Notes: generated from the sequence alone by a model not told the origin. Positions 9,395 to 17,579 are shown, numbered from the stretch's first letter. The stretch: 28,529 nucleotides of DNA from Candidatus Bathyarchaeia archaeon (GCA_038894255.1 JAWAPV010000001.1:1-28529), one strand, 5' to 3'. Numbers and translations: made by a program.

Positions 9395-10747
9395 TCATCG
9401 AACGCCAACGATGTTAACTGTTTTCTTGCGCAGCTTAACAGCGGCAACGGCCACAGCAACAATGGCAGTGACTCCCAGCAGAACCAGCAGTAGCCCTACT
9501 GGCAACCAAAGAGAGACGTTTTCAACGCCTATGGAAGGATCATGCTCAAGTGTGCTATCTCCAAAATAGGGATAGCCCAAAAACAGGCGCATGTGGTTTC
9601 CAGCAGGCTTGTAAGCAGCAGTAACGTTAACCACAGTTTTTTCTCCACTAGTCGAGTTTATGACTGTTGCGACATCAACGAAGTCAAAGAAGCCCGCCAA
9701 AGTTTGACTACCCTTTGCAAACTGCAGCCTGAAACGGTTTCGCAAGCGGTTGCGCCAGCCCAAAGCCTCTGCCTCATTCGCAAGTCTGTTCTGAATTCGA
9801 AGCCTTCTGCCCTCCGCAATCATGTCTGAAGTGCCCGAGCTAGCTTCAACAGGTTCTAAGATGTCGTCTGAACTTTTCTCTGGTACTGTTTGAGCTGTCA
9901 AATTCAAGTCTTGCTCGGCAACTGGGATATCCGTTATGTTTATTGAAGCGAGGTCTATCCACAAAGCCAAACCTGAACGCAGTTTCGGAGCGGTTATGCC
10001 GTAGTTTTTTTCTAGATCGCTAAAAAGTGCATCGAGCTTGTCTATGTTCCAAACCCAGCCGCCCACAACAAAGTCCATTTTGAGTTCACCAGCCTTCACA
10101 GTGTAATTATACAGCCCATAAACGTCTTCAACAGCGTCAGTACCGTAAAACCTGCAACGAATCACTACATTGTTTTCTGCAAAAGCAAACTTTGCTGGTG
10201 CGTCTTCGAGCGTAAAGTTGAAAGACAAGTACCATACTCCGTCAGGCCTAGACACGTTTGTTGGGCCCGAAAGTTTCCATTTGCACGCGCTGAAAGGCAA
10301 ATAGGCTGGATGCAAGCCGAGCATTGCAAGGCCGATGTGGTAGCGGATTCGGTTTTCTATCATAGTTCGGTGCTGGTGACCCGCGGCGTACTTTGCCATT
10401 AACCGTTCCTGCAGCGTAAGGCCGTCTGCTTCCCACTTCTGCGTGTAGTAGGCGTAGTCCAGCGTCAAATACTCGATTAAGCCCTTGTACTTTACGACGT
10501 ATATGTTGTCTGTGTCGTTTGCGTACCACCATAGAAACATAGGCTTCTTTCCGCCTGCTGGAAACAGTATGGTGATCAAGTCCGTTTGGATCTTGTACCA
10601 CATCCCGTTTCTGTATGGCTCGCAGATTACTTCTCCAGATTGGCTGTTTTCTGCATTTGCGTTGGATGCAAGCAAAGTTGGCATGGTTATTGAAAGCAGT
10701 AGAAACGCCAAGGATGCCGTTATTAACGAATTTTTCGTCTTTTTCAC
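9395..10747 (-). CDS. Secreted, C-terminally membrane-anchored surface glycoprotein of unknown function
   Basis: Signal peptide ending in ANA, beta-rich body with nine N-x-S/T sequons, HDPSIGV just before a C-terminal TM helix and a basic tail (KLRKK). GTG start after GGTGG. Confidence 0.8.
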   Translation of the reverse strand: MKKTKNSLITASLAFLLLSITMPTLLASNANAENSQSGEVICEPYRNGMWYKIQTDLITILFPAGGKKPMFLWWYANDTDNIYVVKYKGLIEYLTLDYAYYTQKWEADGLTLQERLMAKYAAGHQHRTMIENRIRYHIGLAMLGLHPAYLPFSACKWKLSGPTNVSRPDGVWYLSFNFTLEDAPAKFAFAENNVVIRCRFYGTDAVEDVYGLYNYTVKAGELKMDFVVGGWVWNIDKLDALFSDLEKNYGITAPKLRSGLALWIDLASINITDIPVAEQDLNLTAQTVPEKSSDDILEPVEASSGTSDMIAEGRRLRIQNRLANEAEALGWRNRLRNRFRLQFAKGSQTLAGFFDFVDVATVINSTSGEKTVVNVTAAYKPAGNHMRLFLGYPYFGDSTLEHDPSIGVENVSLWLPVGLLLVLLGVTAIVAVAVAAVKLRKKTVNIVGVR

Positions 10748-10827
10748 GCTTTTCCACCGAAAATAACTATGGAAAACTGGCTATTAAGAAAATCGCTTCG
10801 ATAAAACTCGAATATTCCACTTCTAAA

Positions 10828-10845
10828 GTTCTAGAAATCTAGAAC
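10828..10845. repeat. Inverted repeat GTTCTAGA-aa-TCTAGAAC
   Basis: Perfect 8-bp arms with a 2-nt spacer, immediately after the Lrp-gene stop. Confidence 0.6.
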
Positions 10846-11370
10846 TTATTGTTTCTCGTCTTTCGCGTTTGTCTCAGCCAAATACTTGAAATGAAAGTCT
10901 TTCATAATAAGTCCCGGGTTTATGTCTGCTATGAAACTCTGGCTTTCTTTGATGTAATCTGAAAGAGCCATGTCATGTCTCCGCAGAAAATTCATATAGT
11001 CCGAGTAGTTTTTGTGCATCGATATGCTTACTCCGTCCCAGCCCATTCCCTGTCCGCTAATGGCTAGAATCACGTTTGGCTGGCTCATGAACCACTCTTT
11101 TGTAGCTTGAAGAGCTTTCTGCCTTTCCTTGTCTTTTCCATACCTAGTTCGGCTTTTTACAAAAGTGAAAGCCACAAGCTCGAAGCCAATCTTGTTCCAT
11201 TTTGGTACGGCAGTGTACCCTTCAATAATTTCCTTTTCCAATCTTATTCTCTTTCTTGTTATCGTAGGTTGAGAGCTTTTCAGATTTTTCGCGAGTTGTC
11301 TGTCGCTTCTTCGGCTATCTTTGATTAGCTCCCAAAATAGCTTGTAATCTAAATCTTTTAGCTTGCCCAG
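10846..11370 (-). CDS. Lrp/AsnC family transcriptional regulator (N-terminus extended relative to the ORF track)
   Basis: The frame is open upstream of TTG 11241 and encodes the HTH: GKLKDLDYKLFWELIKDSRRSDRQLAKNLKSSQPTITRKRIRLEKE. The best start candidate is CTG at 11370. A RAM-type C-terminal domain follows. Confidence 0.85.
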   Translation of the reverse strand: MGKLKDLDYKLFWELIKDSRRSDRQLAKNLKSSQPTITRKRIRLEKEIIEGYTAVPKWNKIGFELVAFTFVKSRTRYGKDKERQKALQATKEWFMSQPNVILAISGQGMGWDGVSISMHKNYSDYMNFLRRHDMALSDYIKESQSFIADINPGLIMKDFHFKYLAETNAKDEKQ

Positions 11371-11392
11371 TGCCTTTCTCCCCCCATTTACT

Positions 11393-11407
11393 CGTATAAG
11401 CCTTTTT
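11393..11407 (-). promoter_or_regulatory. BRE + TATA promoter of the Lrp gene
   Basis: AAAAAGG-CTTATACG on the minus strand; typical archaeal spacing puts the TSS near 11370. Confidence 0.55.
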
Positions 11408-11439
11408 GATTTAGCAAGATGCTTTTAACTCTTTAGTTT

Positions 11440-12264
11440 CTATGAAAAGCGTCCTAGAAGGAACAATGCTGCAATGTTAAAGTATATCGCGGTAAGCGTA
11501 ATAACTATGGCTTTGTCCAGCCGCAAACCCTTGCCAAAGCATAACGCTGCCGAGGTCAAAAGAAGACCCCATGCTTGTAGAACTATTAGGGCATACTGCC
11601 TTACCATGTCTAAATCAGCTAAGCGCAAAATTGGCAAAAGTGATGGCACTGCCATGTACACATAAGGGAAAATGGCGAAAGGCAGCGATGCCAACCCTAT
11701 GCAAGCGAAAAGTTGAAGGTCATTCCCAACTCGCTTATACAGAAAGTAACTCAGGAGTTCCACAAAAAGGAACAAGCCTATCCAGTTAAAAACGTAAAGC
11801 AAAGCAATTTCGGAAAAATCGTAAATTGAGTATGGAAAATAGAAGAACAATGCTGAATCCAAACCAGCAAACGCTGCGCCCACAGCACCCAAAGCAAGAA
11901 CAAGAACCGCAATAGGCAAAGCTCTCCATGGTTTAACAGTTTTTGCAAAAACAGGTGAAAGAAAAATCCATCTGCCTAGCCGATGGCTAAATGTTTCGCT
12001 AAGTTCCAAGGTTGCAGGGACAGCTCCCTCTTTCAAGCTCTTATAGAGCATTTGCCCACGTTCATTGAGCCTATACTTCCGTTGCTTGTCCTGTACCAAA
12101 AAATCTGATAGCATGTCCAAATGGTAATAAACGGTGCCGACTCCCACGCCTAAAATCTGGCGTAGCTCCTTAAACCCTATCTTTTCTTGGGTACCAAGAA
12201 TTTCAATTATCTTTCTGCGTGTCGGGTCTTTCAGCAACGTGTAGTATTTTGATAAATCTTGCAT
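11440..12264 (-). CDS. Membrane-anchored ArsR-type HTH regulator (HTH plus ~5 TM helices)
   Basis: LKDPTRRKIIEIL...FKEL..ILGVGVGTVYYHLDML..FLVQD...KYRLNERG, followed by several ~20-aa hydrophobic segments. Confidence 0.82.
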   Translation of the reverse strand: MQDLSKYYTLLKDPTRRKIIEILGTQEKIGFKELRQILGVGVGTVYYHLDMLSDFLVQDKQRKYRLNERGQMLYKSLKEGAVPATLELSETFSHRLGRWIFLSPVFAKTVKPWRALPIAVLVLALGAVGAAFAGLDSALFFYFPYSIYDFSEIALLYVFNWIGLFLFVELLSYFLYKRVGNDLQLFACIGLASLPFAIFPYVYMAVPSLLPILRLADLDMVRQYALIVLQAWGLLLTSAALCFGKGLRLDKAIVITLTAIYFNIAALFLLGRFS

Positions 12265-12357
12265 GGTGCCTCTCTTTTGAGTTCAAGAATATTACCTTTA
12301 TGAGAATATTTGCTTTATCTTCTAAACCATTCATTTTCCAAGTAGAAAGGAGAAGGC

Positions 12358-13779
12358 TTGCCTAACCAGAACACAAGGACAGGTTTGTTCATGAAGCTTG
12401 CGCCCATCAAGAGTTCCAAGCTTGCTTACTTAGCATTCTGCATACCTCTGATTCTGGCTTTCTTATCATGGTACTATTTTCCACTTTTCGTTGAATGGCT
12501 TGTAACAGTAGTCTTCAACTATTCTCTATCATACGAGTCAGCTAACTGGCTTTGGTACTGGGCAATTCGCTTCTTCTACACTTGGTACACTTTTCTGGCT
12601 ATTGGAATCGCGGGTATATGGGCGATTGCCGCGCTAATCGCGAGAAAAAAGCATGACACGGCAAAGCAAGTGTTCTACCCAATGGTTTCTCTCATCGTGC
12701 CAGCATATAACGAAGAAAAGAACGTCTCTCGTTGCATAACCAGCTTATTCAAGTGTTCAGAGAAATATTCAGGTTTAGTTGAGATAATAGTTGTGGATGA
12801 CGGTAGCACGGACTACACTTACGAGTTTGCTTGGGCAACGCTAAGCACACATCGCAAAATGCATCCTCACGTTCGTGGTCGGGTAGTTAGGCACTGCGCG
12901 AACCTTGGTAAGGTTGAAGCAATCAAAACAGGCGTGAACAACGCTTTAGGCAGCATAATCGCTATTGTTGACGCTGATTCGTGGTGGTTGCCTGACACGC
13001 TTACGAAGCTTGTTGATTATATGCTTTCCAATGGGAAGAAAGCGGTAACAGGTTATGTGCACCCTTCTGACGGCGATTCTGAGCTAAACCCATATGTGGT
13101 TTTGCAGCAACTTGAGTACAGCCAAGGTTTAGGCGTGATCAGACATGCTCAAGCTTTGGGCAACAATGTGCTGGTGGTTTCTGGCACCATCGGGCTTTAC
13201 GATGCTGAAACATTGCGCGGTATCCTTAACGACGTAAGCATACGTTCTGTGACTGAAGACCTTGAGATAACCTTGGAAATGCACAAGAGGGGAGCCAAAG
13301 TTGGCTACGCAAAAGATGCTGCAAGCATAACAATCGCTCCAGTATCTTTCAATGTTCTCTGGCACCAGCGGCTTAGATGGTTTAGCGGGTGGCTCCACAA
13401 CACTTTGAAAATTCACAGAGGCCTCTTTCTCAAGAAATCTTGGTTGACACTGTTATTGTGGTATTGCTACATATTCGAGTATGGCGGAGCATTTGTTGAT
13501 CTAGCTGCAATGTTCACGTTTCCGCTTCTTTTCTGGTTTTCTCCTGATCGCGTTTTCTTTTCTGTCAGCTTGCTTGTCTTTGTTCCTTACAGTTTGTTGA
13601 TTGGCGCCGTTAACCAATCTATAGCCTTAAAGTTTGCCTATGACAAGCATAATTACCGCGACCTAATATTGTACACGCCGTTTTACTCGGTTCTGAGAAT
13701 AATCAACATTATTGCCCGTTTAGTAAGCTATTTCAAGTTTCTTTTAGGCAATAATGGAAGTTGGCATCATAAGAAATAG
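12358..13779 (+). CDS. Processive GT2 glycosyltransferase (cellulose/PNAG/hyaluronan synthase-like)
   Basis: IVPAYNEE, VDDGSTD, GKVEA, VDAD, VTEDL and QRLRW motifs, with N- and C-terminal TM helices. Start is TTG 12358 or ATG 12391. Confidence 0.9.
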   Translation: MPNQNTRTGLFMKLAPIKSSKLAYLAFCIPLILAFLSWYYFPLFVEWLVTVVFNYSLSYESANWLWYWAIRFFYTWYTFLAIGIAGIWAIAALIARKKHDTAKQVFYPMVSLIVPAYNEEKNVSRCITSLFKCSEKYSGLVEIIVVDDGSTDYTYEFAWATLSTHRKMHPHVRGRVVRHCANLGKVEAIKTGVNNALGSIIAIVDADSWWLPDTLTKLVDYMLSNGKKAVTGYVHPSDGDSELNPYVVLQQLEYSQGLGVIRHAQALGNNVLVVSGTIGLYDAETLRGILNDVSIRSVTEDLEITLEMHKRGAKVGYAKDAASITIAPVSFNVLWHQRLRWFSGWLHNTLKIHRGLFLKKSWLTLLLWYCYIFEYGGAFVDLAAMFTFPLLFWFSPDRVFFSVSLLVFVPYSLLIGAVNQSIALKFAYDKHNYRDLILYTPFYSVLRIINIIARLVSYFKFLLGNNGSWHHKK

Positions 13780-13841
13780 CTTCGCCCTACAAATATACGT
13801 GATTTCGCGATGGCTACACGTGGAAAAAGGTTTGGAAGACG

Positions 13842-15077
13842 CTAGCTTTCCCAGTCCAGCAGTCTTTTTTCTCCTTCAATTTTCTTTAGTTCAGTAAGGT
13901 TCTGCGTGACCTCCAAGGTTCCTAAGTATTTGCCTTCTTTGTTTCTTATGGCAAAGTATCTAATATGAATCAGCTGCTCGTTAAGCGTAATCCAGAATTC
14001 AGCCACGTTTTTCTTTCCGCTTTTGAAAGCTTCTATTATCTTGTTAACTATGTGGATGCTTTTTTGTGGGTGGCAAAGCTGGACTTTTCTGCCCAGAACG
14101 GCTTTGGTTCTGACAAAAATTCTCTCTTCTGCCTTGTTGAAATATTTGACTTCGTCTTTTGCGTCTACAAAGGACATGTCTATAGGCAACGTGTCCAATA
14201 TGGCTTCAACTTCTTCTTTTGTTAGTTTTCCAGTTTCAAATTGCATTTCTTCTTTCGGCATAGCTTCACCCTTTGCTTCTTCCTTGAAGGTTTCTGTTAC
14301 CTCAGAAGTTTCTATTAACTGTGGCGGTGTAAAGCAGCAGTAGCCGATGTCGTCAAACTCTTTTCTTATGGCAACCCATTCCTCTTTTGTTGCAACCTGC
14401 ATGGCGGTGGGAAAGAGTATGTTGTTTTCCTTGAAAAAGTGGCTCTGCAACATCTCGTTTAATGCTTCTGCAATGTGGAGTAGCTCTTCTTTGAAGTCGT
14501 GAAATCCGGTGGCGTTGTGCTTTTTGACTAGGTTGTTTAGTTTCTTTTTTTCTTCTCTTATGTGGTTGTGTTCTGTCCACATTATTGCTGGCGGCTCGGT
14601 GATTCCATGCTTCTCAAGTATCGGGAAAAGCACGTTTTCCTCTCTCAAATAGTGTTTCTCAGAGTCCATGAAGTCTCTTGCTATGTGTTCAAGCCTGTGG
14701 ATTTCGTCGCCCAAGTAGCTTTTGTCGCTTGCCAACTGCACTTTTCTGGCAATTGTGCCGAGTTTTTCGGCAAGTTGAAGCATGATTTTGTGTTCTTCTA
14801 AAAGAATGTTAAGCGGGTGTCCAGTTGGAACTTCAAGTTTTTGTTTCTCAAGTTTTTCTCTGAAAACTGCCAGATGCACATCGCACAGTCTCTGTATCTC
14901 TTCTCTCGCCATGCCTTCTTGTACAAGCTCCTGTTCTATCCTCGCAATGTCTTCAGAACTGACGTTTTCTAGCACTTGCTTAAACTTTTCTTTAACCTCT
15001 TCTGGCCTGCGGCCAGCATGCAACTGAGCAATTATCTCCTTCAATACTCTTTTCTTATCCAACATTTCGCTCATCAA
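13842..15077 (-). CDS. DUF438 + hemerythrin-like + PAS domain protein
   Basis: N-terminal KK..LKEII..LH.G...EEVKE.F, LCDVH, GHPL..LLEEH, HYLREENVLFP, MWTEH, HFFKENNILFP, IGYC; PAS part LPIDMSFVD..YFN..RIFVR..LGRKVQLCHPQKS. Confidence 0.88.
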   Translation of the reverse strand: MMSEMLDKKRVLKEIIAQLHAGRRPEEVKEKFKQVLENVSSEDIARIEQELVQEGMAREEIQRLCDVHLAVFREKLEKQKLEVPTGHPLNILLEEHKIMLQLAEKLGTIARKVQLASDKSYLGDEIHRLEHIARDFMDSEKHYLREENVLFPILEKHGITEPPAIMWTEHNHIREEKKKLNNLVKKHNATGFHDFKEELLHIAEALNEMLQSHFFKENNILFPTAMQVATKEEWVAIRKEFDDIGYCCFTPPQLIETSEVTETFKEEAKGEAMPKEEMQFETGKLTKEEVEAILDTLPIDMSFVDAKDEVKYFNKAEERIFVRTKAVLGRKVQLCHPQKSIHIVNKIIEAFKSGKKNVAEFWITLNEQLIHIRYFAIRNKEGKYLGTLEVTQNLTELKKIEGEKRLLDWES

Positions 15078-16261
15078 GACGCCTCTTTGATTTTTCTGGC
15101 CAGGTTCTTTCCAATCTCCACTATCTGCACAGTGTCAGCTTCCGACGGTGGACCATTTATCTCAACTGCCCCCACCACTTCCATCTTTGTTGCTCCCAAA
15201 ACTTCTTGGATTTGCTTTATTGCTCCACCACCCCAGCCGTAAGAGCTTAACACTACGCCAAATTTGAGTGGCGGGCGAAGCGCTTTTGTTAGGTAAGCGG
15301 CGTAGACGGCAAGCGGGTGCGCGCCTCCTAGCACGGTTGGAGCGCCTAGTACGATGGCTCTGGAGTCTACGAGGTCTTTGGCTATATCGCCTATGTCTGC
15401 GATGGCAAGGTTGTGTTGCGCGATTTCGATTCCTTCTGTTGCTAGTGTGTCCGCGATTGTTTTTACCATTTTTTCTGTGTTGTTCCACATGGTTGCGTAG
15501 ACTATGATGGCTTTTTGTTTGGTCTCTCCCCTTGTCCATTTTCTATATGCGTTCAAAACGCGTTCGGGGTTGCGGTAGATTGGTCCGTGGCTTGGCGCTA
15601 TAATGCTGATTTGCAAGCCTTCGAGTTTTTCAATTGCTTTTTGTCCCATGACCGCAAAGGGCATCATTATTTCGCCGAAATAGCGTTGAGCGTAGACAAG
15701 AAGGTCTTCAACCTCGTCGTCGTAGAGCCCTTTAGCCAAGTGTGTGCCAAAAAAGTCGCATGGAAATAGGATTTTGTCCTCTTTCAAGTAGGTAAACATG
15801 GTTTCTGGCCAATGGAGCATTGGCGCTTCTATAAATTGCAGAGTTTTGTCGCCGAGGTCTATAGAGTCTTTGTCTTTGACGATTATAATTCTCTCAGGCG
15901 GCACTTTGTAGTAGGTTTGAGCCATCTTGGCGCCTTTCTGGGTTGTAACCAGCTTGGCTTTGCTGTTTAGCGCCATTACGTGGGGGATGGCTCCCGCGTG
16001 GTCGGGTTCAGCGTGGTTCATTATTACGTAGTCGATGGTTGTTGGGTCTGTGATTTTGCTGATTTTTTCTTCAAGTTCTTTTTCGAAGCCGGGGTTTACG
16101 GTGTCTATGAGGGCTTTTTTGTTTTTTCCTATGATTAAGTAGGCGTTGTAGGTTGTTCCGTTTGGGAGTGGGATTAGGGCGTCGAAGAGTTTTCGGTTCC
16201 AGTCTCTTGCGCCTACCCAGTAAACGTTTTTTGTGATTTCAGGTGTGTTTCTCCAGTTCAT
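15074..16261 (-). CDS. fprA: Flavodiiron protein (metallo-beta-lactamase + flavodoxin; O2/NO reductase)
   Basis: GTTYNAYLI, NHAEPDHAG, LHWPETM, CDFFG, APSHGP, flavodoxin YATMWNNT and SSYGWGG. Confidence 0.95.
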   Translation of the reverse strand: MNWRNTPEITKNVYWVGARDWNRKLFDALIPLPNGTTYNAYLIIGKNKKALIDTVNPGFEKELEEKISKITDPTTIDYVIMNHAEPDHAGAIPHVMALNSKAKLVTTQKGAKMAQTYYKVPPERIIIVKDKDSIDLGDKTLQFIEAPMLHWPETMFTYLKEDKILFPCDFFGTHLAKGLYDDEVEDLLVYAQRYFGEIMMPFAVMGQKAIEKLEGLQISIIAPSHGPIYRNPERVLNAYRKWTRGETKQKAIIVYATMWNNTEKMVKTIADTLATEGIEIAQHNLAIADIGDIAKDLVDSRAIVLGAPTVLGGAHPLAVYAAYLTKALRPPLKFGVVLSSYGWGGGAIKQIQEVLGATKMEVVGAVEINGPPSEADTVQIVEIGKNLARKIKEAS

Positions 16262-16280
16262 GTGCGTTCACCATGAAACG

Positions 16281-16298
16281 TTATTACAATTGTAATAA
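16281..16298. promoter_or_regulatory. Perfect 18-bp palindromic operator candidate TTATTACAATTGTAATAA
   Basis: An exact inverted repeat in the 83-bp gap between divergent fprA and the HTH regulator, adjacent to TATATTTAT (16301-16309). Confidence 0.8.
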
Positions 16299-16344
16299 AG
16301 TATATTTATGCCTTTCCCCATAATAAACACAGGAGCAACATAAA

Positions 16345-16740
16345 ATGTCGCTACCTTGCGAAATCGCACTCAAATGCCTTCTTCCCCCAGTCCGCGCCAT
16401 GCTAGCCAAAGAACTTATGGAAAAGCATAAGTTGAATCAAGCTGAAGTGGCGAAGATTCTTGGGGTCAGCCAACCCGCCGTCAGCCTTTATTGCAGAAAA
16501 CTGAGGGGCGTGTCTCTGAATTTAGATGAGGACGAGAAGATTATGGGGTTGGTTAAGGATTTTGCTGATGATTTGGCACGCGAGAGCATCCCGAGGAAGG
16601 TTTTCATTTTGAGGTTTTGCGAGATTTGCCGCGCGGTACGTGCTGAAGGTTTTCTTTGCGAGATTCATAAAAAAATTGATCCCAGCATTGCAGTTGAGGC
16701 GTGTGAGCTTTGCAAAACTGTTGGTGCGAGGTGTTTTTGA
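16345..16740 (+). CDS. Cys-rich HTH transcriptional regulator (COG2522-like)
   Basis: PCE..LP.VRAMLAKEL...LNQAEVAKILGVSQPAVSLY..KLRG; C-terminal FCEIC...CEIH...CELC. Confidence 0.82.
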   Translation: MSLPCEIALKCLLPPVRAMLAKELMEKHKLNQAEVAKILGVSQPAVSLYCRKLRGVSLNLDEDEKIMGLVKDFADDLARESIPRKVFILRFCEICRAVRAEGFLCEIHKKIDPSIAVEACELCKTVGARCF

Positions 16741-16751
16741 GGCCCTAGTGT

Positions 16752-16790
16752 CTGTTGATACGTTTTGTTGATACAACTTGTCTATACAGT
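16752..16790. repeat. 3x13-bp tandem pseudo-palindromic array, copy 2
   Basis: + strand CTGTTGATACGTT / TTGTTGATACAAC / TTGTCTATACAGT; an inverted match of 8010-8048. Confidence 0.85.
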
Positions 16791-16832
16791 GGATTTGACG
16801 TGCGATGCTGGAGAGAGGTTTTTGTGGTAGTG

Positions 16833-16840
16833 TTTATATG
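16833..16840 (+). promoter_or_regulatory. Putative TATA box of pfdB
   Basis: TTTATATG ~40 bp upstream of TTG 16881. Confidence 0.5.
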
Positions 16841-16880
16841 GTTCTTTGTGTTGTTGCTGTGCTGAATGGAAGGGTGCAAT

Positions 16881-17255
16881 TTGAGTGACGAACTTTCTCA
16901 GCTTCCTCCGCAGGTTCAGGAGCGGTTGTTGCGGTTGCAGCAGCTTCAGCAGACTCTTCAGTCGGTTTTGGCGCAGAAACAGCAGGTTGAGATTGAGTTG
17001 GCAGAGGTTAATCAAGCTTCAAGCGAGCTTGAGAAGCTTTCTGATGACGCTGTTATCTATAAGGCTACAGGTTCGCTTATGATAAAAGCGGAAAGACAAA
17101 AAGTGCTTGCCGAATTGAACGAGCGGAAGGATCTGCTGAACACGCGCGTGGGTATTCTGACCAAACAGGAAGAACGGATGCGGGTTCAGATCAAGGAAGT
17201 GCAGACTAAGCTTCAGCAAGACTTAAACCCTGTTCAGCCTTCCACACAGCCTTAA
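16881..17255 (+). CDS. pfdB: Prefoldin beta subunit
   Basis: LPPQVQE.L..LQQLQQ.LQ, VIYKATGSLMIK beta-hairpin, coiled coils. TTG 16881 after GGAAGGGTG is preferred over ATG 16866. Confidence 0.93.
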   Translation: MSDELSQLPPQVQERLLRLQQLQQTLQSVLAQKQQVEIELAEVNQASSELEKLSDDAVIYKATGSLMIKAERQKVLAELNERKDLLNTRVGILTKQEERMRVQIKEVQTKLQQDLNPVQPSTQP

Positions 17256-17276
17256 GCTGTTCTGGAAGAAAACCTC

Positions 17277-17579
17277 ATGGAAGAAATTGGCATACAAGAG
17301 CTAACAAGCGAACAAGTTGAGCAGTTATGCGTCGCGGCTGAAGAAGCGGCAAGAAAACACGTGTATTCCATTGTTCCTAAAAAGAACGTGGAAACGTTGA
17401 ATATAGCGGCTGAAGTTGAAGGCACAAAACCTGTAAACTTGGCGGTTGACGTGGAAATAATTCTCAAGCCAGCTTCTGAAGGCATTGACGTGCAGAAACT
17501 CGCGGACGAAGCTGTAAAAAAAGCCTTTGAAGCAGCTGAGAAATACTTGAGGGAACAAGCTTGTCATTCGAAGAAATAA
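17277..17579 (+). CDS. DUF3194 family protein
   Basis: L...QVEQL..AAEEAARK.V...V, V.VDVEI, LADEAV..AF.AAE.YL; this family typically sits next to archaeal pfdB. Confidence 0.75.
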   Translation: MEEIGIQELTSEQVEQLCVAAEEAARKHVYSIVPKKNVETLNIAAEVEGTKPVNLAVDVEIILKPASEGIDVQKLADEAVKKAFEAAEKYLREQACHSKK

